DNA of 64,000 bases, from assembly GCA_963787255.1 (NCBI GenBank), contig CAWBCJ010000026.1:1-64000 (forward strand), in the 5' to 3' direction. The notes beneath the pieces were generated by a model. The model had not been told where the DNA came from. It made no database searches and saw nothing but the letters and a program-made list of their open reading frames with translations. Shown here piece after piece: positions 32,585 to 42,491 of this stretch (the stretch's first letter is position 1; the number at the start of each line of letters is the position of its first letter). The position numbers were made by a program, and so were the translations under genes. This DNA is from Methanobacteriota archaeon. GTDB taxonomy: Archaea; Methanobacteriota; Methanobacteria; Methanobacteriales; Methanobacteriaceae.

Positions 32585-34069
32585 ATGTATTTAGTAAATA
32601 AGTTAAACAGACGCGAAATATACTCCATATTTCATTACACTGGATATATTTGCATTCTTTTAGGTTTAATAATGCTGATTCCAATATCAGTTGCTTTAAT
32701 TTATAATGAATACCAACTTATTCTTCCATTCATTTATTCTACAATTATAAGCATATTAATTGGAATTCCACTTTATAAACTATTTGAAAATAAGACAGAA
32801 CTCTCTCTTAAAAGCGCGATGGTATTTGCAACCAGTATCTGGCTTATCGGATGCGCTTTAGCGGCTCTACCATACTATCTTTCTGGTCAGCTCCCTTATC
32901 TTGATGGTTATTTTGAAGCCATGTCCGGCTTTACAACAACCGGCTTTACCATGTATCCCAATTTAGATGTAGTTCCCTATACCATGCAGTTTTGGCGTGC
33001 GTTTACACAATGGCTTGGCGGAATAGGAATCATAGTATTAGCTCTTACAATCCTTACATCTCCTTCTATAAACATAATGAGAATGTACGCTGCAGAAGGC
33101 CGTGATGAAAGAATACTTCCAAGTATAAGACACACATCCAAAATAATACTTTATATTTACGCCCTATACACTGTAATCTCCATAGCATTGTTTTTAATAG
33201 CAGGAATGCCTGTTTTTGACTCTGTTTTCTATGCATTTACTGCATTGTCAACCGGCGGATTTGCACTTAAAAATATTAGTATTTTTTATTACCACAGCGC
33301 ATGGATCGAACTAGCAGCCATAATAATAATGATTATAGGAGCAACAAACTTTGCACTGCATTATACTATCTTAAAAGGGAATTGGAGAGAATATTTCAAG
33401 GATATTGAAACTAAAGTCGCTTATCCCTTACTTATAGTTGGAACAATTATAGTAGCAGTATTTCTCTATAATAGTTCTACATACGGACATGATTTACTTC
33501 TTTCTTTGAGATACTCTGTTTTCCAAGTAGTATCTGCATTAACCACAACTGGCCTCCAAACAGCCACCGGAGATGAAATAACATACAAATGGACCGGTCT
33601 GGGTATATTTGTGCTCACTATCTTGATGATTATTGGTGCAGGAGCATGCTCCACAGGTGGAGGTATAAAATGGTTAAGAATAGGAATACTTGTTAAAGGA
33701 ATGTGGTGGGAAGTTAAATCACTTCTAGCTCCAAGTCATGCCCGACTTCCTCAAAAAATACACCACGTAAGAGATTTAAAAGTAAGCGGAGACGTCCTAA
33801 AACTAACCGGATTATTTGTTTTTACCTATCTCTTTGTATACATAATAAGCGTTATTATTGTCCTATTTTACTATCAAAATGTTGCACAAACCCTTTTTGA
33901 AGTTGCATCAGCATTAAGCAATGTAGGGCTTGGTTCGGGATTAATAACTAACAATTCTCCCCTTGTTGTAAAAATTGTTTTTATAATAGATTTCTGGGTT
34001 GGAAGACTTGAAATATGGCCCATACTATTATTAATAGCTATTACTGCAGCTAATATTGCCCGAAAATAA
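32585..34069 (+). CDS. trkH: TrkH potassium uptake membrane subunit
   Basis: FEAMSGFTTTG, QWLGGIG, STGGF, TTTG, STGGGIK, SALSNVG, GRLEI. Confidence 0.95.
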   Translation: MYLVNKLNRREIYSIFHYTGYICILLGLIMLIPISVALIYNEYQLILPFIYSTIISILIGIPLYKLFENKTELSLKSAMVFATSIWLIGCALAALPYYLSGQLPYLDGYFEAMSGFTTTGFTMYPNLDVVPYTMQFWRAFTQWLGGIGIIVLALTILTSPSINIMRMYAAEGRDERILPSIRHTSKIILYIYALYTVISIALFLIAGMPVFDSVFYAFTALSTGGFALKNISIFYYHSAWIELAAIIIMIIGATNFALHYTILKGNWREYFKDIETKVAYPLLIVGTIIVAVFLYNSSTYGHDLLLSLRYSVFQVVSALTTTGLQTATGDEITYKWTGLGIFVLTILMIIGAGACSTGGGIKWLRIGILVKGMWWEVKSLLAPSHARLPQKIHHVRDLKVSGDVLKLTGLFVFTYLFVYIISVIIVLFYYQNVAQTLFEVASALSNVGLGSGLITNNSPLVVKIVFIIDFWVGRLEIWPILLLIAITAANIARK

Positions 34070-34121
34070 TATCTGTTTTTAACTCATGAATGTTGTTTTT
34101 AAGTTCAATTTAAAAAATTTA

Positions 34122-34340
34122 TTTATTCTTCGTCGTTTCATTTTTTCAAGGTAATAATCATTTGACTCATATTCTTTCCATACTGGACAAGTACTACAAA
34201 TACAGCCCCTTTTTTTTAAGATCACATTCAGTATCCTTAAAACAGAATATTCATCATTACCTTTAATGTACTTATTATGGGGTTGGAAATCCCGGGAAAT
34301 ATATCTTTCTGCATTTTTATCTATATCTGGAATTATTCCT
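34122..34340 (-). pseudogene. Degenerate DUF2769-like Cys-rich protein
   Basis: Fragments ..FCF..TECDLKKRGCICSTCPVWKEY..YY in shifting frames; boundaries approximate. Confidence 0.5.
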
Positions 34341-34446
34341 TCAATTTCAGATATATGAAATCACTTATTATATTATTCTATTAAATAATAATAAATAGTA
34401 TTACAATCATATATAGATATAACCATAAATAAAGGAGGTGAGATAA

Positions 34447-34800
34447 ATGGAAGAAACGAAATCCATGACTAAAGAAGTAAAATCTTTACCTGTATTTGAT
34501 ATTTCTTTGATAGTGTCAGTGATTGCTTTGATTTTATCATTCATAGCCGGAATCCTATACTTCATTATAGGATATTCAACAATATACCAAATAAGCACAT
34601 ATATTATCAGTTTAAACCCTGAAACAGCGACTGTCGTGAATTCAATTGCTGCTTCAGTCACTGCTATGGGAGCATTATATCTAATCATAGTTTGGCCTAT
34701 TATGGCATTCATTGGAACATTTATAGCAACAGCCATAGCAGTCCTACTATACAACTATCTAGCGCCTAGAATTGGCGGTATAAAATTAGAACTCGAATAA
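34447..34800 (+). CDS. Hypothetical membrane protein (DUF3566-like)
   Basis: AAGGAGGTG SD; C-terminal LYNYLAPRIGGIKLELE. Confidence 0.75.
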   Translation: MEETKSMTKEVKSLPVFDISLIVSVIALILSFIAGILYFIIGYSTIYQISTYIISLNPETATVVNSIAASVTAMGALYLIIVWPIMAFIGTFIATAIAVLLYNYLAPRIGGIKLELE

Positions 34801-34873
34801 AAAATTAATATTTTTTTCTTTGATTAAAAAAAAATATTTAGAGAATTATAAGTACAGAGGAGGTGAATATAAA

Positions 34874-35032
34874 ATGCAAAATGCACAACTTAGTGGTGGT
34901 GCGATGCTAGTGCTTGGTATTATTATCGCAATCGTTATCCTGGTACTTCCAGCATTCATTTACATATATGCTTGGATAGCAGCAATATTACTGATCATTG
35001 GGGGCATTGTTTCCTTATTGTCAGGAGGATAA
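34874..35032 (+). CDS. Small 2-TM membrane protein
   Basis: GGAGGTG SD before ATG 34874; hydrophobic 52 aa. Confidence 0.65.
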   Translation: MQNAQLSGGAMLVLGIIIAIVILVLPAFIYIYAWIAAILLIIGGIVSLLSGG

Positions 35033-35315
35033 CTCTAGTATCTAACCTTGAAAATCACTTAATCTCTTTCTTTTTTTTAAGGTTTTGATATGAGGTAATG
35101 GAAATAAATAATTTGTTATTTAATTTTTTTTTTATTTTTTACATCTTTATTTAAGCGTAATTTGGCTTATTTAGAGATTAAAAAAAAAGATATTTAGATA
35201 TAAAAAATAAAAATTCTTATATTATTATTGATTTTACTTCTCTATATTTTTAATAACACAATAATTTAATGCATAAAATGATTGTTTTTATCTTTAATAC
35301 AGAAAATATATATGA

Positions 35316-36308
35316 TTAAACTAATTTAGCCTTGTCATACACATTCTTAAGGGTTTGCATGTCTACGCTGGTATAAATTTGAGTAGTAGAAAGGTTGGAA
35401 TGCCCTAAAAGCTGTTGAATAGCCCGGATATCGACACCGTTTTTTAGTAGGTGTGTTGCAAATGAATGGCGTAAAATGTGTGGTGTAACCCTTTTTTTAA
35501 TCCCCGCCTTTGTGGCATGGGTTTTAATCATCATCTGAATATACCTGGGAGTTAAGTGGTTTCCAGATCGGTTAACAAAAAGGTATTCGTCTTCTTCAGG
35601 TTTTTTTTCAATGTATTCTTCAACTAAAATCTTCGTTTCATCATCGAAAAGCACAATACGGTCCTTTTCACCTTTTCCACGTATTCTTATGGTTCTTTCG
35701 TGTAGATCAATGTAATCGGTTTGTAAGGTAACAAGTTCAGACACTCTAAGCCCAGAAGAGTAAAGTAAAGCTAAAATGACCTTGTTTCGAAGGTTCATCA
35801 GCTGTTTACTGGGTGTATTGCAGTTTGGTTTGTTGTCAAATGCGTTTATGAGGTTTTCAACTTCTTGTTCATTTAAATGTTTGGGAAGTGACTTTGTTCT
35901 TTTGGGGGTTTGAACTTCATCTAAAATGTGAATACCGCCGAATTCAAAGAATTTTTTAACAACAACAGTCACCAGGTAAATGTAATTTTGAGAAACACCT
36001 TTATCACGCTTTAAAAATTGGATATATTTCTTAAATGCTCTTAAAACTCTTCGCTCATCTGTAAGGTTTTTTTCAGATTTCAAGAATTTGTGAAAATTAA
36101 TTACTATTGATTTGTATGTTTTAATGGTGTTCCTGGAGTAATTTCTTATTTCAAGTTCTATTAAATAATCTTCAATCATCTCAGGAAAATCAAAAGTATC
36201 CAAAATGGATTTCTGCGCAATATAACTGCTTCCCTCAGCAGCAACGTCCCCGTAGCTTGCTGGAATTACATCTCTGTTTCTTTTCATTTGATTAGGATAT
36301 TGATTCAT
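35316..36308 (-). CDS. xerA: Tyrosine recombinase XerA
   Basis: [44 protein letters not shown]; core gene context. Confidence 0.92.
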   Translation of the reverse strand: MNQYPNQMKRNRDVIPASYGDVAAEGSSYIAQKSILDTFDFPEMIEDYLIELEIRNYSRNTIKTYKSIVINFHKFLKSEKNLTDERRVLRAFKKYIQFLKRDKGVSQNYIYLVTVVVKKFFEFGGIHILDEVQTPKRTKSLPKHLNEQEVENLINAFDNKPNCNTPSKQLMNLRNKVILALLYSSGLRVSELVTLQTDYIDLHERTIRIRGKGEKDRIVLFDDETKILVEEYIEKKPEEDEYLFVNRSGNHLTPRYIQMMIKTHATKAGIKKRVTPHILRHSFATHLLKNGVDIRAIQQLLGHSNLSTTQIYTSVDMQTLKNVYDKAKLV

Positions 36309-36378
36309 TGTATCAATTGTATTGTGTTATTTTTATAATTGGAATATAGATAATTCTTATTAGATTATTAAGCTTCTA

Positions 36379-37899
36379 TTACATATAACTTCTGTCAACA
36401 TTTTCATTAGGTAAACCAAGCTTATTATTACCCATATTTTGAGAACTGGAAACATCTTTTTGCAGAGCGTTTTCAAAGGTTTTATATCTTTTAATAATTT
36501 GATCTTCAATAGAAATGGCGTTATTTATTGCAAAATTCATGTGTTTTTCCATTATAAGAGGATCACCTTCCATTACTGCAATGTCGCCAGCCATCCTTAA
36601 TACTCCACCTAGATCTCTTAATCTAAGGGTTAATGAATCCTTTTGATCATCAATAACTCTTGCTCGCTTTCTTGCTTCATCAATTAATAGTTCTACTGTT
36701 CTTCTTGTTGCATGAGGTATTTTACCATCTATTTTAATTTCTTGCGCAACGAATTGGGCCATTTTTGCCACATTTTCTTCGTTATCTGGCATTGTTGTCC
36801 TCATGAGAATTTCATATCCTTCACCTTGAATTCTTGAACGTAGTGGGGGTAGTATATATTGTATATCTCTTATATTGCATGCTCCTACAAAAATAAAGTC
36901 ACAAGGAACATTTTGTACTTTAACAGAGCTTCCAGCACTCTGTGGATTTCTACCAATTATTGGAAATACCTTATCCTGCATAGCACTTAAAATATAGCGT
37001 TGTAAACCGGCAATATGAACTATTTCATCAATAAAAAGAACTCCTTCGTGAGCTTCATGTATTGCTCCAGGAACCACTCTTTCATATGGTGGTGTTCCTA
37101 AATCTGGATGTCCTCCGTAAGGATCGTGTCTAACGTCTCCTAAAAGTTCGGTTTCACTTGCTCCTGTTGCTTGGATAAATGATTTCCTTTTCAATGGAAC
37201 GATAACATTTTTAGGTTTTTCATCTACAATTTCGCGTCGTTTCTCAAGCGCGTTCTGGTCAAGTATCTTAATTTTATCGCCGTCAATTCTTTCGTATATA
37301 ACGACTTCTTCTTTACCATTATTGGTCCTTGTTGTTGTTACTTTATCTTGTGGGAAACTTATGGGGCCGTTATTCATTTCAAACATTCCTAGAAGATCGC
37401 CTAAATGTTTTCTTCTAGCGTTGATATGGGAAAATTTGTCTCCGCCGCAATTCTGGCATATGCTCTGGTAAGCGCTGTCGTAACTGCCACAGTGAACGCA
37501 TTTAAATCCTAATCTTTCTGCAACAGCTTCAGGAACTTCAGATGCATCTACGATATCTCCTTCTGCTTTCTGGAGTTCCATCTTTTCGTTTTTTCTTTCT
37601 TTTTGAGTTTTTATTTCTATAAAGGGCCGTTCAGGTCTTTCAGGGTTATGAACAACAGTAATTTCTTCGTTTGGTTTAGTTAGATGAAAAGAGATTCCCT
37701 GTGCTATCAATGATTTACCAATTCCTGGAGGTCCTACGAGTAATAGGTTTCGCCTTTGTTTAGCAGCTATTTTAACAAATTTTATGATGTCATCGTGTCC
37801 AATTACTCTGTTTAGGGGGTCTTTTGGTATTAAAATGTCTTTTGTAGTTTCTATATCCTTTAAAAACTCTTTTTTCATGTTAACATACAATTTAAACAC
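36379..37899 (-). CDS. LonB-type AAA+ ATPase without protease domain, with a zinc-ribbon insertion
   Basis: GPPGIGKS, LLGDVRHDP, PGAIHEAHEGVLFIDEI, PLRSRI, LTLRLRDLGG; CVHC..CQNC; ends before any Lon_C domain. Confidence 0.88.
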   Translation of the reverse strand: MFKLYVNMKKEFLKDIETTKDILIPKDPLNRVIGHDDIIKFVKIAAKQRRNLLLVGPPGIGKSLIAQGISFHLTKPNEEITVVHNPERPERPFIEIKTQKERKNEKMELQKAEGDIVDASEVPEAVAERLGFKCVHCGSYDSAYQSICQNCGGDKFSHINARRKHLGDLLGMFEMNNGPISFPQDKVTTTRTNNGKEEVVIYERIDGDKIKILDQNALEKRREIVDEKPKNVIVPLKRKSFIQATGASETELLGDVRHDPYGGHPDLGTPPYERVVPGAIHEAHEGVLFIDEIVHIAGLQRYILSAMQDKVFPIIGRNPQSAGSSVKVQNVPCDFIFVGACNIRDIQYILPPLRSRIQGEGYEILMRTTMPDNEENVAKMAQFVAQEIKIDGKIPHATRRTVELLIDEARKRARVIDDQKDSLTLRLRDLGGVLRMAGDIAVMEGDPLIMEKHMNFAINNAISIEDQIIKRYKTFENALQKDVSSSQNMGNNKLGLPNENVDRSYM

Positions 37900-37988
37900 C
37901 CATTAATGTTTATTATGCTGCAGTAAATGACAGAAGTCATTTAAAATGATATTTATATTATGAAATTAAAAATATAAAAAAATATCCA

Positions 37989-38005
37989 CCCCCAAATGTT
38001 GGGGG
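37989..38005 (-). terminator. GC stem-loop downstream of dnaG
   Basis: CCCCCAA-ATG-TTGGGGG, followed by T-rich sequence on the minus strand. Confidence 0.55.
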
Positions 38006-38027
38006 GATGGTGGAAGAATGTTTTTTT

Positions 38028-39188
38028 TTATCTTGTTATTACTTTGATGGGGCCCGGTTTTTTAACTACTTCGCTCATTTTTACCGCAACTATGTGTTTA
38101 AGCCCTTTTTCTTTGGCAATATCGATTAGTCTTTGACTAACTACACCGTCAAAGACCACAGCATAGGTGTGGTTGTCGATATTTTTGAGTTCGTCGTAGA
38201 GATTTTCTACTTTAACTTCTTTAAGGATATTTAAGGCATCGTCAAATATTTCAGCGTTTCCAGTACCTTCTAAGTCCTTTAGGATACCTTTCATTACTTT
38301 GATTTTGTCTTCGGCCTTTTCTTTTTCCTTTTCTTCTATTTTTTCAACTTTAACTCCGAGATCTTGATACATTTGCTCAACAGGTATTTTATCCCTTAAA
38401 GCAACCATAACTTCTTCTTTTTCTAGATCTTCTACTTCTTTTCCTCTTGGAGCTCGGGTAATATAATCAACTTCACCAACTTGTAATAATTCTTTTAAAA
38501 TTAGTTCTCCGCCTCTGTCTCCATCTACAAATGCGGTAACGGTTTTATTTTTAGTTAGTTCGGCAACAGTTTTAGGAACGCTTACTCCTTCAACTGCAAT
38601 GGCATTTTTAACGCCGTATTTTAGCAGGTTTAAAACGTCTGCTCTTCCTTCAACTACAAGTATTGCATCGGATGTTGAGACATTGGGGCCTGCTGGAAGT
38701 CGTTCATTACCAAATTCAGTTATTTCGTGAATTCTCATGGCTTCTTTGACTTCTTCTATCATTTTGAGGCTTTCTGGAGTTACTTCTTCCATCATTCCTT
38801 TGTATAATTCTTTTGCACGGTCTACCACTTTTCTTCTTTTAACTGCGCGTACATCTTCTACTTTGGAAACTTGTATGTATGCCTCGCAAGGCCCTACTCG
38901 GTTTATTGTTTCTAGTGATGCAGCAAGTATGGCGGTTTCAACACGGTCTAAGCTTGATGGAATTACTATTTCGCCTTTAGAACGGCCTCCTCTAGAGTTT
39001 ATGGTGACTTTAATTCTACCTATTCTTCCAGTTTTTTGTAATTCTCTTAAATCAAGATCATTGCTTAAAAGACCTTCTGTTTGTCCAAAGATGGCACCTA
39101 CAACATCAGGTTTTTCTACAATACCGTTAGCATTAATTTGAGCATGAATGAGATATTTAGTTGTACTTATTTCTTCGCCTTTTCCCAT
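38028..39188 (-). CDS. dnaG: Archaeal DnaG (primase-like, exosome-associated)
   Basis: VEKPDVVGAIFGQTEGLL, LQKTGRIGRI, VVEGRADV, DGDRGG. Confidence 0.96.
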   Translation of the reverse strand: MGKGEEISTTKYLIHAQINANGIVEKPDVVGAIFGQTEGLLSNDLDLRELQKTGRIGRIKVTINSRGGRSKGEIVIPSSLDRVETAILAASLETINRVGPCEAYIQVSKVEDVRAVKRRKVVDRAKELYKGMMEEVTPESLKMIEEVKEAMRIHEITEFGNERLPAGPNVSTSDAILVVEGRADVLNLLKYGVKNAIAVEGVSVPKTVAELTKNKTVTAFVDGDRGGELILKELLQVGEVDYITRAPRGKEVEDLEKEEVMVALRDKIPVEQMYQDLGVKVEKIEEKEKEKAEDKIKVMKGILKDLEGTGNAEIFDDALNILKEVKVENLYDELKNIDNHTYAVVFDGVVSQRLIDIAKEKGLKHIVAVKMSEVVKKPGPIKVITR

Positions 39189-39286
39189 AAATGGGCCTCC
39201 TTTATTAAGTAGATACTTTTCGTGATATTAATATTATCACGCGTGAATGGGCTATCCATTAAACGGGAAAATCCCCTTGATAATAG

Positions 39287-39781
39287 CTATAAATAGTTAC
39301 CATAAGGATTTATTTCAAGTTCCAGTCGTTTTAAATGTTTTGGAAGACTTTCTATGTCTTTAATATATTTACGAGTAATTTTCATTATATTTTTTCTAAT
39401 ATTAAGATCAGGATGAGAGCCAAGGCATTGTATATCTTCGGACAATTTTTTGGCAAGTATATTGCCTTTTTTATCGAAATCTGTTAATATAATAACCTTT
39501 GATGATGATTCTACTGCCATTTCCGCAACTTCAAAGAGTTTAAGACCAGAACCAGAAACTTTAATTATATTGAAGTTCATGTTATGTTCTTTTGAAGTTT
39601 TTGAAAATTTTCGATTTTCAAAGACCCCAAATACAAGTTTTTTGATGGCTTCTTCGTCCTTCTTACCCTCGATAATAATTGGTGTTCCTTGTTCTACACG
39701 GAATGATAGCTCTTCAACAATACGAGATAATCTTCTAAAACTCATGATAAGCCCTTTATGAAATTTCAAATTAGTATCCAT
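39287..39781 (-). CDS. Small TOPRIM-domain protein (start may be 39745)
   Basis: IIIEGKKD, IILTDFDKKG, KDIES. Confidence 0.88.
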   Translation of the reverse strand: MDTNLKFHKGLIMSFRRLSRIVEELSFRVEQGTPIIIEGKKDEEAIKKLVFGVFENRKFSKTSKEHNMNFNIIKVSGSGLKLFEVAEMAVESSSKVIILTDFDKKGNILAKKLSEDIQCLGSHPDLNIRKNIMKITRKYIKDIESLPKHLKRLELEINPYGNYL

Positions 39782-39825
39782 GAGATAATATACTCAATCT
39801 TATATAAATAATTGAACATAAAAAA

Positions 39826-40035
39826 ATGGTAATAACTCATAAAAATAATACTATTTTCTAAACTAATACTAATCATGTTGTTATTTTGTCCAAATCCGTG
39901 GATAATATTGATATTCTGGAATTGTATAAAAGTCATCTTACTAATTATATCATTAAACCTGAAGATTGGGATGATTTGAATCGTGTTTTGAATTCTTTTA
40001 TGAAGTTTTGGTTTAATTCAGTTAAACTGCATTAA
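39826..40035 (+). pseudogene. C-terminal half of a response-regulator receiver domain
   Basis: VVILSKS..DILELYKSH..NYIIKPEDW..FWFNSVKL*, paralogous to 40172-40627; in-frame TAA at 39859, no phospho-Asp region. Confidence 0.7.
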
Positions 40036-40171
40036 TTCATTTTTTCATTTTTGTGAAGTTTTTTTTGTATTATTATAAACACAATTAAATAATATTAAAT
40101 CCAAAAATAATATTATTAAAATAAAAATAATATTGATAAAAATTATTTTTCCAAAAAAAAAGGCGATATAA

Positions 40172-40627
40172 ATGGGTAAAACCGAAAGCATAATAAAAAA
40201 TATACTATTGGTAGAAGATTGTCCAGCGGATATCAAACTAACAAAAGTAGCATTGAAAGAGATAAGGGTAAAAAGAAACCTATACTCAGTTTATGATGGT
40301 GTTGAAGCCCTAAAATTCCTAAACCAACAAGACCAATATGAATATATGCCTCGCCCAGACATAATACTTCTTGATTTAGGTTTACCACGAAAAGACGGTT
40401 GGGAAGTATTAAAAGAAATAAAAAACGACAAAAAACTTAAAACCATCCCTGTAATAGTTATAACTGTTTCCACTGATCCAAAAACTATTTTTAAAGCTTA
40501 TCAACTCCAAGCTAATTCTGTAATAACAAAACCTTTAGATATTGATGAATTCAGTAAAAGCATTAATGGTATTAATGATTTCTGGTTTAATACCGCCCAA
40601 TTACCTATCAAATCCCTGTTTAACTAA
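40172..40627 (+). CDS. Single-domain response regulator (Rcp1/CheY-like)
   Basis: ILLVED, PDIILLDLGLP..DG, IPVIVIT, ITKP, FW. Confidence 0.93.
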   Translation: MGKTESIIKNILLVEDCPADIKLTKVALKEIRVKRNLYSVYDGVEALKFLNQQDQYEYMPRPDIILLDLGLPRKDGWEVLKEIKNDKKLKTIPVIVITVSTDPKTIFKAYQLQANSVITKPLDIDEFSKSINGINDFWFNTAQLPIKSLFN

Positions 40628-40780
40628 TTTTCTGTTAATATAAACATAATTAAAGATTTATTTTTCTAACAGATGAAATATTACTCACTACTTTGTCTGT
40701 TCAGTCCAAGGAATAGTCAACCTGGACATCCATTTGAACTATTTTTTACTAATTCCGCAAAAAAAATGATGATTAAATCA

Positions 40781-40978
40781 TTATTCATTTTGTAATGCTA
40801 ATTTGCTGGTTACAATTGTTTTTGCCCTAAAAAGAAGATTATCAGCAGAATCACCATTTTTAATTGCAGTCTCAATTTTTTCTAATAAAACATTTAAATC
40901 TGCGGGTCTACATTTATATGCTTCATTTAAAAAACTTAAAGACACATCATTACCAACCATTATTGAATCTCCCTCCAC
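40781..40978 (-). CDS. Small hypothetical protein (start probably ATG 40960)
   Basis: GGAGGGAG SD before MVGNDVSL. Confidence 0.6.
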   Translation of the reverse strand: MEGDSIMVGNDVSLSFLNEAYKCRPADLNVLLEKIETAIKNGDSADNLLFRAKTIVTSKLALQNE

Positions 40979-41343
40979 ACAATTTACTAAAGATTGCTGT
41001 TATTATATTTGAATTAAGGAATATTTACAATTTGTGGAATAAAACAGGAAAAAAAGGTTTAATCATTGCGAATCATGAAAAAAAATCCATCCAACAAATA
41101 AATATAATTTAAGTGAATACCTAATGGAAAATAATATAAAAAATTCAAAAGTATAATTTTAAATATTCTTGTAGTCAATATCAATAAATTACAAGATTCG
41201 TTCAGTTCATATAGTAAGTGCAAAAATTAACCAAAAGACACATAAAATATTATTATAAAGTTAATGAAGTTAACTAATTAGTTTTTGCAGAACATACTAT
41301 GTTATGAGCGTATAAGATTATAATACTGAATATTTCGGAGGAT

Positions 41344-41640
41344 ATGAAAGTGGCAAAAGGCCTGATTAGAATTGTTTTAGATATTTTAAAACCCCATGAA
41401 CCTAATATACCTTATTTTGCAAAATATTTAAGTGAATTAGAAGGTGTTGATGGAGTTAACGTTACTTTAATGGAAATAGATAAAGAAACTGAAAACGTTA
41501 AGGTAACAATGCAGGGTAACGACTTAGATTTTGAAAAAATCAACGAAGCCATTAAACAATACGGCGGTTCAATTCACAGTGTTGACGAGGTAGTCGCTGG
41601 TAGAAAGCTTGTTGAAGAAGTTACAACACCTCAAGACTGA
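41344..41640 (+). CDS. DUF211 protein
   Basis: RIVLDILKPHEP, GVDGVN, GGSIHSVDEVVAG. Confidence 0.92.
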   Translation: MKVAKGLIRIVLDILKPHEPNIPYFAKYLSELEGVDGVNVTLMEIDKETENVKVTMQGNDLDFEKINEAIKQYGGSIHSVDEVVAGRKLVEEVTTPQD

Positions 41641-41746
41641 TTTTTTTATAAGTTAAATCTCACAATATAAAAATTTTTAATTCAATATTTTTTTTTATAA
41701 AAACTCTATATTATATAAAAAATTTCACGAAGGACTGGTAATTATT

Positions 41747-42412
41747 ATGGATAATGAAAAGGAGCTTTCTCCAGAAAGTTTCTTAAAAAAATTTTCAAAG
41801 AAATCGGAATTTAAGAAACTAAAACGCTTAAATATCAGCTCATCTCAAATTTCTGACGCCTTGAATAATTTAACGGGTAATCCTGGAGTAATAAAAGGAG
41901 TTAAACCTTTATTTGACACCATGGTTATTGGAAACGCTGTAACGGTTGACACAACTGCGGATGATTGGGGTACAAGTGTAAAGGCAATAGATAAGGCTAA
42001 AAAAGGCGAAATACTTTTTATTCGCGTAGATAATGATGATAAGGCTGTTTGGGGAGAATTAACCTCTAAAACCGCAAAAGAGAAAGGAATAATAGCTACC
42101 GTAATTTATGGTGCAGTAAGAGATATAAAGGCAATCAAAGAAATGGAATATCCTGTATTTTCTAGGAATATAGTTCCCAACGCCGGAAGTCCAAAAGCAG
42201 AAGGTGAAATTAACATTCCAGTTAAATGTGATAATATAACTGTTAATCCAGGAGATATTGTAATTGGAGATGAATGTGGGGTTGTAGTGATACCGAAAGA
42301 GCTTTTAAGCAAGGTATTAAATGAATCAGTGAACATTAAAAAGAAGGAAAAAGAGATTATCTCTAAAATAGAGAAAGGATCTTCATTGTCTTCAATTTTG
42401 GAATTAAAATAA
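41747..42412 (+). CDS. RraA/HMG aldolase family protein
   Basis: ISDAL, DDWG, AVWGEL, GAVRD, PGDIVIGDECGVVVIP. Confidence 0.9.
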   Translation: MDNEKELSPESFLKKFSKKSEFKKLKRLNISSSQISDALNNLTGNPGVIKGVKPLFDTMVIGNAVTVDTTADDWGTSVKAIDKAKKGEILFIRVDNDDKAVWGELTSKTAKEKGIIATVIYGAVRDIKAIKEMEYPVFSRNIVPNAGSPKAEGEINIPVKCDNITVNPGDIVIGDECGVVVIPKELLSKVLNESVNIKKKEKEIISKIEKGSSLSSILELK

Positions 42413-42491
42413 AAAATTTTTTATACAGAATAAATTAAATATCATTTAAACTATACAATTTTGATTATATTATACAAGGGATTATTATACT

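Noticed and set aside
35316-36308. Integrase of a provirus or ICE
   Set aside because: Sequence and core context fit chromosomal XerA; no tRNA att site, viral or conjugation genes nearby.
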